This document shows, piece by piece, positions 1 to 6,922 of a stretch of DNA of 47,497 nt (positions within the stretch are counted from its first letter, which is position 1; every line of letters starts with the position of its first letter). The position numbers were made by a program, and so were the translations under genes. Source of the stretch: a virus (Duplodnaviria; Caudoviricetes); the IMG/VR virus record IMGVR_UViG_3300044630_006637, positions 1 to 47,497 of that record. One strand, 5' to 3'. The notes under the pieces are model-generated. The model was not told the DNA's origin. It ran no database searches and worked only from the letters and a program-made list of their open reading frames with translations.

Positions 1-443
1 TCTTTGGGGAATCCAAGAGACTTGCGAACTTTCATCACTCTTCCGAGAACTTTGTATGGAGTCTTTGCAGTAATGCACAGCTCCAAGTCTTCAGGAGTAA
101 CTTCTACGTAGATTGGTTGTCTACAGAGAACGTACTCGTTAGCCGCGACTGAGCGAAACAGTGGATGAAGTGGAGTAAGCACTGCATTTACTGCGACCGC
201 TGGCTCTGTGTCAAGAGCTGAAGAAATAAGGTGACGAGCAGTGGTCGGCGCACTAACAGCTTTCCATGTCCTACGAGGAGCATGTGCTGTAATTCGGCGA
301 CGATAGACTGTCATTGGCACTGTCTTGTGAGAAGACGATGTGCCTTCCGGCATGATAAGCATCTGAGTTGTTATGTTTGGCTTAGCAAGCTCGAGGTAAA
401 TCGCATTGCCGGCGATTGTGGTTGAAGAATTTGTGGTTGTCAT
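1..443 (-). CDS. hypothetical early protein (3' end runs off the window)
   Basis: Not in the ORF track because it has no stop in the window. ATG at 443 follows the repeat promoter and an AAAGGACA RBS; the frame is open to position 1 (MTTTNSSTTIAGNAIYLELAKP...SLGFPK). Confidence 0.8.
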   Translation of the reverse strand, partial: MTTTNSSTTIAGNAIYLELAKPNITTQMLIMPEGTSSSHKTVPMTVYRRRITAHAPRRTWKAVSAPTTARHLISSALDTEPAVAVNAVLTPLHPLFRSVAANEYVLCRQPIYVEVTPEDLELCITAKTPYKVLGRVMKVRKSLGFPK

Positions 444-498
444 TTTGTAGGTTGTCCTTTGTATTAGGTTATGTTGTCATTATAACAACTTTAGTTTT

Positions 499-667
499 GC
501 GAGTTCCAGCGGCTGCTAACGATCTGCGCTTGCGACTTGGCAGTGACCCCGAAGGATGTGCTCTTGGCGTGGCAGGTGCCTTACTTAGCGAGACAACTCG
601 CACCGCTGTGGCTAGCCAGCCCTTGTAATATCCTGGCCAAGGGCTGGCCACCCAGTTCTTGCTCGAG
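499..667 (-). other. GC-rich structured intergenic segment (candidate ncRNA or terminator)
   Basis: Inverted repeats: 615-625/638-648 (11 bp), 507-512/603-608, 515-519/585-589 and 588-592/597-601, plus a C(UUCG)G tetraloop on the minus strand. Confidence 0.4.
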
Positions 668-991
668 TTACTTCGTCTGAAGAACTGTGTAACTCGAGAC
701 GACTAGTGTTGCTTCGTGCGCTTCAGGAAACGCGAGCTTCAGCATTTCACGATCGACCTTGGTCAGATTGCGATGCTGAACTTTTACGCGCTCGACGCCA
801 TTGATTACGCCGACGTCTTGTCCAGCGAGCATTTCACGAAGCTTTGCTTCAGCTTCTTGCTTCAGTGCTTCAGCTGCTTTGATCGCGGCTTTCGCGTCAT
901 TGAACTGAGCAATCAGCGCTTCTGCTGAAGGGTCTAGCACAGTGAAAGTCTCTGTTGAAACTGTCGTTGTGGTCTTTGTCATGGTGGCCAT
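668..991 (-). CDS. hypothetical phage protein (coiled-coil N-half; resembles the C-terminal extension of YqaJ-type recombination proteins)
   Basis: ORF with its own repeat promoter and GAAAGGACA RBS; the family resemblance is by eye only. Confidence 0.8.
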   Translation of the reverse strand: MATMTKTTTTVSTETFTVLDPSAEALIAQFNDAKAAIKAAEALKQEAEAKLREMLAGQDVGVINGVERVKVQHRNLTKVDREMLKLAFPEAHEATLVVSSYTVLQTK

Positions 992-1042
992 GATGTGTCC
1001 TTTCGGGTTAGGTTGATGAGATTATTATAACAACTTTAGTTT

Positions 1043-1414
1043 TCAATTCATCGCGAGCATAGTTGTAAACTGCTCGAATGAAAACGTCGCTGTGACGTGC
1101 TGCGAGTCGCCTGCACTCACGACATAGACCTCTCGCTCGTCCCAGCTAATCAGAATGACATCGTCATAGTCTGGCTGTGCGAATGAGTCGTGTCCGGCGC
1201 TGATTCCGAACCCAGTTTCCTCGGCCCAGTAGTTCTCGACAATTTGCGAGATTCCAATCCGGGTTGCGTAGGCTGGGTCGTCCCAGCGAGGACGTGCTGC
1301 CTCGACTGCGCGCTGCGCATCGACGTACCTGTCGCTGCCGCCCCAGTGTGCATAAAGAAAGACTGGAATGTCTTCCTTGCTCTTTTGGAATCCGATTACT
1401 GCTCTGTCGCCCAT
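1043..1414 (-). CDS. conserved phage hypothetical protein (MGDRA...LYAHWGG motif)
   Basis: 123-aa ORF with repeat promoter and RBS; YxHW-type motif typical of small phage early proteins. Confidence 0.82.
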   Translation of the reverse strand: MGDRAVIGFQKSKEDIPVFLYAHWGGSDRYVDAQRAVEAARPRWDDPAYATRIGISQIVENYWAEETGFGISAGHDSFAQPDYDDVILISWDEREVYVVSAGDSQHVTATFSFEQFTTMLAMN

Positions 1415-1467
1415 GGTATTTGTCCTTTCGTAGTGGGTGTAAGATTATTATAACAACTTTAGTTTTA

Positions 1468-1659
1468 CTAGAAGTAGTCTTCGATAAAGCTCGAGACTTC
1501 TTGGAGTACTGCGTTCGAAAGACGTGTCTCAAGAAGCATGCGAAGGTCTTCAGGAATGACGACGTTTTCGGCGTCGTCGCTCATGTAATTGATGAGGTCG
1601 ACGAGACCGCCGACTGTGAGCTTACTTTCGAAGATAACTTCGTCAAGTTGGTGTGTCAT
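1468..1659 (-). CDS. small acidic hypothetical protein
   Basis: 63 aa; repeat promoter and AAAAGGACA RBS. Confidence 0.78.
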   Translation of the reverse strand: MTHQLDEVIFESKLTVGGLVDLINYMSDDAENVVIPEDLRMLLETRLSNAVLQEVSSFIEDYF

Positions 1660-1756
1660 TTTTTGTCCTTTTGTAGTAGGTGTAAGATCATTATAACAAC
1701 TTTAGTTTTCAGGCGGGCCACGCCGACACCATTTCGGTGCCGGCAGGCCTCACCGC

Positions 1757-2023
1757 TTAGAGATTCCTGGTTGTGTCGCACCAGTCTTCGAAGCTTTCGA
1801 AGACTACTCCACAGCCCTGGCATCGCTGCTGGTCACCAACAAGGCCGACCTGTCCAGGGTAGAAGATCTCGCCTGTGGCGGAAACGCCCACGACGCTATC
1901 GTGCACGCAGATGCCGCGACGCTCGAGGGCCGCAAGGTAGTTGCCTCGCGCGATGGCGTGCGCCATTTCGATGTCAGCGTCTTGGATTACCGCTTCTTCG
2001 TCATAAATAAATTGATAGCTCAT
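1757..2023 (-). CDS. hypothetical protein with possible Zn site (CxH...CxxC)
   Basis: 88 aa; repeat promoter and RBS; hairpin downstream at about 1722-1745. Confidence 0.78.
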   Translation of the reverse strand: MSYQFIYDEEAVIQDADIEMAHAIARGNYLAALERRGICVHDSVVGVSATGEIFYPGQVGLVGDQQRCQGCGVVFESFEDWCDTTRNL

Positions 2024-2070
2024 TTTGTCCTTTCGTTTATGCCGGGCGGCATGGAATCATTATAACAACT

Positions 2071-2379
2071 TTAGTTTTGGTTCGCGCTGAACTCGCGCAA
2101 CTCTGCCGCTAGGCGCTCGTCGGCTTCTTGTTCCGCACGTATGTCTTCTGACTGAAGAGTCTCAAGTGCTGACTTCGCCTCAAAGACTGACCCATAGGTC
2201 TCTTCATGGACGCAGACAACGTCTTCTGGCTCCCAGAACGTGGGAGGGATTCGCTTCCAAGCTGTGCCTACGACTGTGCCATCGTCTTGCACCTGTACCT
2301 CGAGACCGTACAGATCACCTAGCGTGCGCCAAGCGTCTGTCACTCCCGGGAATGCGTCAAGTTTGTACCAATTGCTCAT
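2071..2379 (-). CDS. hypothetical protein
   Basis: 102 aa; repeat promoter and RBS; its TAA stop lies inside the next repeat copy. Confidence 0.8.
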   Translation of the reverse strand: MSNWYKLDAFPGVTDAWRTLGDLYGLEVQVQDDGTVVGTAWKRIPPTFWEPEDVVCVHEETYGSVFEAKSALETLQSEDIRAEQEADERLAAELREFSANQN

Positions 2380-2420
2380 TGTTTGTCCTTTCGTAATGGT
2401 ATGAGATTATTATAACAATT

Positions 2421-2822
2421 TTAGTTTTTCACGAGGCTGTAGCTCACAGCCTTGCGAAGAAGCTCGGCTACGTCGCGCACGTCAGTTTCATCATTGACAA
2501 TTGTGACGCACATGTCTCGTACACTCGCACAGAACGCTTCAAACTTGTTGTCGCTGTATCGGCCTACTGGCTCTGAGTGAAACAGAAGAACGTACGGATC
2601 AGTAAAGATCGCGACTTGCTCGATCGAGAAGCCATTGCGCTGTGCTGCCTTGCACCAAGACACGTGCGCCTCGTAGCGCTTTCTGTCTGCGTTGTGCGCG
2701 CAAGTTACCTTGACACGCTCGTGCCAGACGTCAATGTCGTCCTTTTTTTGTGGGAGCACTGGGCCATCGAACGCCATCGTGACTTTGCGATCTCGGTGTG
2801 TGATTGTTGCGTGTTGAAACAT
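2421..2822 (-). CDS. hypothetical protein (start revised to MFQHAT)
   Basis: The repeat promoter at 2851-2873 and AAAAGGACA RBS place the start at 2822, not 2939; the stop lies inside the next repeat. Confidence 0.8.
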   Translation of the reverse strand: MFQHATITHRDRKVTMAFDGPVLPQKKDDIDVWHERVKVTCAHNADRKRYEAHVSWCKAAQRNGFSIEQVAIFTDPYVLLFHSEPVGRYSDNKFEAFCASVRDMCVTIVNDETDVRDVAELLRKAVSYSLVKN

Positions 2823-2865
2823 TGTAGGTTGTCCTTTTGTAGTTGGTGAAATGATTATAACAATT

Positions 2866-3093
2866 TTAGTTTTCGGCGGAGGCCAAGTCAATTTTGACTT
2901 CACCGAGCGCGTCAATGACACGCTGAGTGTAGTCACCAATTGCTTCGTCTGTGAGCGGGTTGAGGTACCAGGTCATGCTGGCATCGCCGACTTCGATGCG
3001 AAGCGTAATGCGACTGCCCCAGTCAATAATTTTCACATTGGGAGTGATGCCCTTGACTCTGACGTGAGAGTCGACTGAAGTTGCTGTTGACAT
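2866..3093 (-). CDS. hypothetical protein
   Basis: 75 aa; variant repeat promoter and RBS; stop inside the next repeat. Confidence 0.78.
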   Translation of the reverse strand: MSTATSVDSHVRVKGITPNVKIIDWGSRITLRIEVGDASMTWYLNPLTDEAIGDYTQRVIDALGEVKIDLASAEN

Positions 3094-3146
3094 GATATGT
3101 CCTTTCGTAGGTTGGTGAGATTATTATATAAACTTTAGTTTTGAGC

Positions 3147-3554
3147 TTAGACGCCCGCGAGAACGCGGGGCGCCTTTCGCTCATCAACTGAAGGAGCAGA
3201 CTCGAGAGTCACCCAAACATCAAAGTTCAAAAAGACTTCGTCTTCGAACCGGAGTGTTTGACGATTGAGAATGAATCCCGGCGAGCAAGGGCAGGTGCAC
3301 CCAGCGTATTGGGACCAGCTCAAGCGGCTGAGATCGAGAATCTCAGAGATGCCACTCGCGTGAATCAGTGTCTTGTAGACGTTGTAAGGGCGACGCTTGC
3401 GATTGGCAAGGTTGTCAAACAAAGTCTCGTCTGCAACGCTGACGTACATTCGTGGGGCTTGTGTGTATGCAGAGCGTCGATCGTGAACGCTGTAGACGCG
3501 TGGCATGATCTGAATCTTGGCGCCATGCACCTCGATAGTAGTGTGTTTTCTCAT
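3147..3554 (-). CDS. conserved phage hypothetical protein (WSQYAGCTCPCSPGF motif)
   Basis: A GAAAGGACA RBS precedes ATG 3554; an in-frame leaderless ATG at 3596 is also possible. Confidence 0.8.
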   Translation of the reverse strand: MRKHTTIEVHGAKIQIMPRVYSVHDRRSAYTQAPRMYVSVADETLFDNLANRKRRPYNVYKTLIHASGISEILDLSRLSWSQYAGCTCPCSPGFILNRQTLRFEDEVFLNFDVWVTLESAPSVDERKAPRVLAGV

Positions 3555-3620
3555 TGGATTGTCCTTTCGTTTTTTGTAGGTTGTGCCTTGCGGCATGAGA
3601 TCATTATAACAACTTTAGTT

Positions 3621-3785
3621 TTAGCTGTAGGTTGGGCACGTCTCGATCGCATCGCGAGCGTGCTGTGCACGAGCGAAGCCACAGAGATCGCAGATCTCTT
3701 CCCAGTACTCTTCTTCTAAACGTTGACGCTTTTTCTGCTGGCTTTTGCCGTATTTGTAAATAGCGTATGCTTGGAGAAGTCCCAT
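3621..3785 (-). CDS. small leaderless Zn-finger-like protein, 54 aa (CxxC-x6-H-x7-C)
   Basis: Below the ORF-track cutoff: MGLLQAYAIYKYGKSQQKKRQRLEEEYWEEICDLCGFARAQHARDAIETCPTYS; ATG lies 7 nt after the TATAAT of a repeat copy. Confidence 0.7.
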   Translation of the reverse strand: MGLLQAYAIYKYGKSQQKKRQRLEEEYWEEICDLCGFARAQHARDAIETCPTYS

Positions 3786-3793
3786 GGAAGCTA

Positions 3794-4000
3794 TTATAAC
3801 GACTTTAGTTTTACACCGAATTCACGATGCTGTGCCGCCGCAGCTTCTGCGAGATCTTTGCCGGCAAAGACGGCGTTCTTACCGAGCACTCCGCAGGTGC
3901 AGACTACTCGGAATTCGCCTTCGATGTCACATGTGAAAGACTTCGCAGGTGTAACGAGGGTCGTGTGGATATTTGCGTGATGGTTAATGTTTGGCTGCAT
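3794..4000 (-). CDS. small leaderless hypothetical protein (CxCG...H)
   Basis: ATG 6 nt after TATAAT; reads into the next repeat, where it stops. Confidence 0.72.
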   Translation of the reverse strand: MQPNINHHANIHTTLVTPAKSFTCDIEGEFRVVCTCGVLGKNAVFAGKDLAEAAAAQHREFGVKLKSL

Positions 4001-4031
4001 GGAATCATTATAACAACTTTAGTTTTATGCT

Positions 4032-4295
4032 TCACAGCTCGAGGTTTAGAACCCATTCATTTGGATACATCAAAGGTGCAGCACAATCTAAACAAATTGC
4101 CCAGCTATCAACATCGAGTTTTTCGTCTGTATCAACGATCACAACACATGGAAAAAACGCGTCAAGCGATGGGCCAATCACCATTCCGCAGTTTTCACAT
4201 TCTGATCCATCAATGATAAACTCGAAGATCTCGTTGCGCTCTGCGAGTGCAGCGTCCTCGACGTCTTCAACAACGTACAGCGCAAGATGAATCAC
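4032..4295 (-). CDS. small acidic Zn-ribbon-like protein (CxxC...CxxC)
   Basis: CENC and CLDC pairs in 87 aa. Confidence 0.7.
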   Translation of the reverse strand: MIHLALYVVEDVEDAALAERNEIFEFIIDGSECENCGMVIGPSLDAFFPCVVIVDTDEKLDVDSWAICLDCAAPLMYPNEWVLNLEL

Positions 4296-4325
4296 GTGTT
4301 CACGTTATCACAACTCAAAGGCTAC

Positions 4326-5630
4326 CCGTCTGCTTTTCGGGAGCTCCCTAGCAGGCTGTCCGTCTGCTTTCGGAAGCTCCCTGGCAGGCCTGCGTTCGCT
4401 AGCCAATGATTTTGCGCATCTCAGCAATTTGAGCTTCAAGCTCAGAGACACGCGCCATAAGACTCAAGTTTTCGCGGGCAGTGATTTTAGTGCCCGTCTG
4501 CACTCGAGCTGCCTTGGCAGGCCTGCGTGTCTTTTTTGTCATCCGACTCGTCATGTGCACGTTGCTTACTTTTGTACGTGCTGGAACTTTGCCAGGCTGA
4601 CCCCAGAAGTACACAGCTTTAAAGTGTGCGCCGCGTGGTTCGTGTCTACCGAAACGAATAACTCGCTCGGCTGGTGTTTCGTTCCGCTGAGAAATTTCGC
4701 CGGCACGAACAAGCTGCTTAAGAATTTCACTGACGTACGTCACATGCAGTGATACTCCCCGCATTGCGAGAAGAGCTTGGACTTCATTAAGTACCAAAGG
4801 TTGATCTGAAAGTTTTAGCGTCGCAAGAACTGCGTTGCGTGTCTTTTCTTGGCTGTTAGCGCGAGTGCGCTTATTTACTGTTGTCATTTTGTCTCCTTGT
4901 GTAGTGAGGTTAGTTACATTATATCAGCTTTAGTTTTCAGAATCTACACTGAACATCCCGGAAATTTGTCCCAACAATCTCAAGCTTGCTCGATCCGGCA
5001 CGCCAGTACAGTCAGGGTACACAAACCCGATCCACCTCTGCCACCTCGAGTACGCGAGCTGAGTCGCTTCGTCGAAAACGCTCGGAGTCTCGTTTTTCAA
5101 GCCGGCAACTTGAGCCAGAACTTTCTGTACCGTCTGCACGCTCGAGTTTTGCCTACCAGGCTGCACACTTCGAAGCTTGATCAAAACGCTGTCCGTCTGC
5201 TTTTTTGTATTTTCCGTAGCAGGCCTGCGCGAAAAATCTGGACGAGCGAACGCGATGACTTCGTATTTCCAGCGAACTCTCTCAAAGATGCCCGTCTTGC
5301 TTTGTGATGCCTTCGGCAGGCCTGAGTTGACTTGAGCTTCGATCGCTGTAAACATACCCGTCTGCTCAAAGTCGTCTGTGTTTGAGACCACGCCGCAATG
5401 AGGCATGCCGAATTGTTCAGCCGTCGGAAACGAGTAAAAAACAATGTCGCCCGGTTCGGGCTTCATTACGATCCGTCCGTCTGCAGAAAACTCCGCCAGG
5501 CCGGACGGTGTGTAAATGCATGCCGGCATGAATACATTTGAATCACGAGCGCAGACATCTAGAAACGCACCGGACCAAGGAATAGCCTCACCTTTGTAGC
5601 CCGTCTGCACTGCAAACTCGCTCAGGCCGG
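4326..5630 (+). repeat. cluster of same-orientation CCGTCTGC-N(~12-19)-CAGGC motifs
   Basis: Exact CCGTCTGC at 4326, 4360, 4494, 5130, 5193, 5358, 5477 and 5601, and a variant at 5292; all but 5358 are followed by CAGGC(C)(T/G)G. Confidence 0.85.
4399..4887 (-). CDS. putative winged-helix DNA-binding protein
   Basis: LKLSDQPLVLNEVQALL..G.SLHVTYVSEILKQLVRAGEI fits a wHTH pattern; basic linker and C-terminal coiled coil. Confidence 0.65.
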   Translation of the reverse strand: MTTVNKRTRANSQEKTRNAVLATLKLSDQPLVLNEVQALLAMRGVSLHVTYVSEILKQLVRAGEISQRNETPAERVIRFGRHEPRGAHFKAVYFWGQPGKVPARTKVSNVHMTSRMTKKTRRPAKAARVQTGTKITARENLSLMARVSELEAQIAEMRKIIG

Positions 5631-5727
5631 AAGGTCGAGTCTTGTAGCCGAGATGTGATCGGACCGTCTCAAGAAAGCGGTCACGGTCAGGATTGAGGTT
5701 TGATTTAGTTTTCTTGAATATTGTCAT
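4930..5727 (-). CDS. CHAP-like domain plus peptidoglycan-binding domain protein; catalytic Cys replaced by Ser
   Basis: PWSGAF (canonical PWCxxF), PEPGDIVFY, PHCGVV, AIEAQ; C-terminal VQTVQKVL...ATQLAYSRWQ...GVPDRASL PG-binding-like region. Start set at ATG 5727. Confidence 0.72.
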   Translation of the reverse strand: MTIFKKTKSNLNPDRDRFLETVRSHLGYKTRPSGLSEFAVQTGYKGEAIPWSGAFLDVCARDSNVFMPACIYTPSGLAEFSADGRIVMKPEPGDIVFYSFPTAEQFGMPHCGVVSNTDDFEQTGMFTAIEAQVNSGLPKASQSKTGIFERVRWKYEVIAFARPDFSRRPATENTKKQTDSVLIKLRSVQPGRQNSSVQTVQKVLAQVAGLKNETPSVFDEATQLAYSRWQRWIGFVYPDCTGVPDRASLRLLGQISGMFSVDSEN

Positions 5728-5908
5728 TGTCGTCGTCCTGAATTGTAGAAGAATCAAACATTTGATTCAGACCTTGCAAAAGAAGATCGGCTTCATTCGC
5801 GCGCGCTGATGCTCGAATATGCGACTCTCGATTTCCAGCTTTGTGAATGTCTTCTTTTAGACGCCCTACAAGCTCCTCTGCGAGTTGCTTAATTTTCTCC
5901 GCGGTCAT
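5705..5908 (-). CDS. hypothetical protein
   Basis: MTAEKIKQLAEEL...; fills the gap between its neighbours in the same orientation. Confidence 0.6.
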   Translation of the reverse strand: MTAEKIKQLAEELVGRLKEDIHKAGNRESHIRASARANEADLLLQGLNQMFDSSTIQDDDNDNIQEN

Positions 5909-5915
5909 TATTATA

Positions 5916-6833
5916 CTATTCTTTCTCGACGATTTCAGCATCTTCAATGTCGCTATCGTCTTTGGTTGGGATTTCAATCCCAGCTTCGTTCAGCATTGAT
6001 GTGATCTGTGCTGCGCCAGAAGCCAAGCGCGTAAGTCTTTCGGCAACAATTTGCGCCGGCGAGCGACCGTCTGTGATGTGCACGTTTGCGTCGAACTCAA
6101 CTCCGCCGCGAACGCCGGCACGATCAAGAATCTCTGTTGAAGCTTTGAGGCGGATCGGTTCGCTTGCTGCGTTCTCCATCAAATCTTCGAGAACATCAAC
6201 GGCGTAAGGAGCTGCTTGAACAAGTTTTGATCTTGCGCGCTCGATATCTTCGCCGGGTTTACGCTGAATGCTCCCAAGATGTACTCGGCAGTAACCGTCA
6301 TCTTTCGCGCGTCCTGAAGACCAGAGCATACAGCGAATGCCGTCGTCTTTAATCGCGCGACAGCGAACTGGCATCGCTGCCGGTTGACGCTTGCCCTTAG
6401 GCGGTGATCCGTCTTCTTGTTCTTTTATATAGGCTTTGGTTGCGCCGAGCACCCAAGGAGGTACGAGGTAGTCTGTGGCGCTTTCTGCAAGGAGATCATA
6501 GCCGGTGAGGTAATCTGAGTTCGGACGCTCCGGATCGACGAGAATTGGTTTTTTCTCCGCGAGACTAAGGTGCCGGCGTGCTTTATCCATTTCTGGAGAG
6601 CGAGCTTGAATGAGACCTGTGGGCACTCCGTTGGATGCGTAGACAGAATCCCAGCTCATTTTGTGCCGGCGGAGAATTGCACGGTTTTCGTATGTGTCTT
6701 GGCAGATGCCTCGCTCTACTTCATCGATGCCGAGATCAGCGAGCACCGGGCGAATATTGACCGGCTCGTCGATTTGAATTTCGGGCTTCTCCGGTTCCGG
6801 AGTGTCATCGAAAGGAGTTAAGGCTGTTGTCAT
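5916..6833 (-). CDS. putative terminase small subunit-like / Zn-finger protein
   Basis: CRAIKDDGIRC...CRVH (HGGxSTG-like CCCH finger) followed by LEDLMENAASEPIRLKASTEILDRAG, a pattern seen in small-terminase-like phage proteins. Confidence 0.5.
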   Translation of the reverse strand: MTTALTPFDDTPEPEKPEIQIDEPVNIRPVLADLGIDEVERGICQDTYENRAILRRHKMSWDSVYASNGVPTGLIQARSPEMDKARRHLSLAEKKPILVDPERPNSDYLTGYDLLAESATDYLVPPWVLGATKAYIKEQEDGSPPKGKRQPAAMPVRCRAIKDDGIRCMLWSSGRAKDDGYCRVHLGSIQRKPGEDIERARSKLVQAAPYAVDVLEDLMENAASEPIRLKASTEILDRAGVRGGVEFDANVHITDGRSPAQIVAERLTRLASGAAQITSMLNEAGIEIPTKDDSDIEDAEIVEKE

Positions 6834-6867
6834 GTAAAGTGCACTTTATGGGTATGAGAGAGCGGGT

Positions 6868-6910
6868 GAGGGTCCGCCGGGCGGGAGAGGGCAATGTCCG
6901 ACGGACCCTC
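6868..6910. terminator. GC-rich hairpin downstream of the histone-like gene
   Basis: GAGGGTCCG...CGGACCCTC inverted repeat with an inner stem. Confidence 0.55.
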
Positions 6911-6922
6911 GAGCTTTGCAGC

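Larger units (their letters stand above)
479..4937 (-). repeat. 12 dispersed copies of a ~20-bp promoter-like element AAAACTAAAGTTGTTATAAT
   Basis: Copies at about 479-498, 1021-1043, 1444-1466, 1687-1709, 2056-2078, 2406-2429, 2851-2873, 3120-3142, 3600-3622, 3791-3812, 4004-4026 and 4917-4937. All are on the minus strand directly upstream of a gene. All contain TATAAT and most have the extended -10 TGnTATAAT. Confidence 0.92.

Noticed and set aside
1264-2010. 248-aa plus-strand ORF and other plus-strand ORFs containing IIITTLV
   Set aside because: They are antisense to genes with clear promoters and RBSs; IIITTLV is just the translated repeat.
479-4937. CRISPR array or classical integron attC array
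   Set aside because: The spacers are whole genes of very uneven length; the repeat contains a -10 box, lacks attC-like dyad structure, and no cas or tyrosine integrase gene is in the window.
5704-5712. Extra AAAACTAAA half-motif (and a shorter AAACTAAA near 23854-23861)
   Set aside because: They lack the TATAAT half, so they were not counted as copies of the promoter element.
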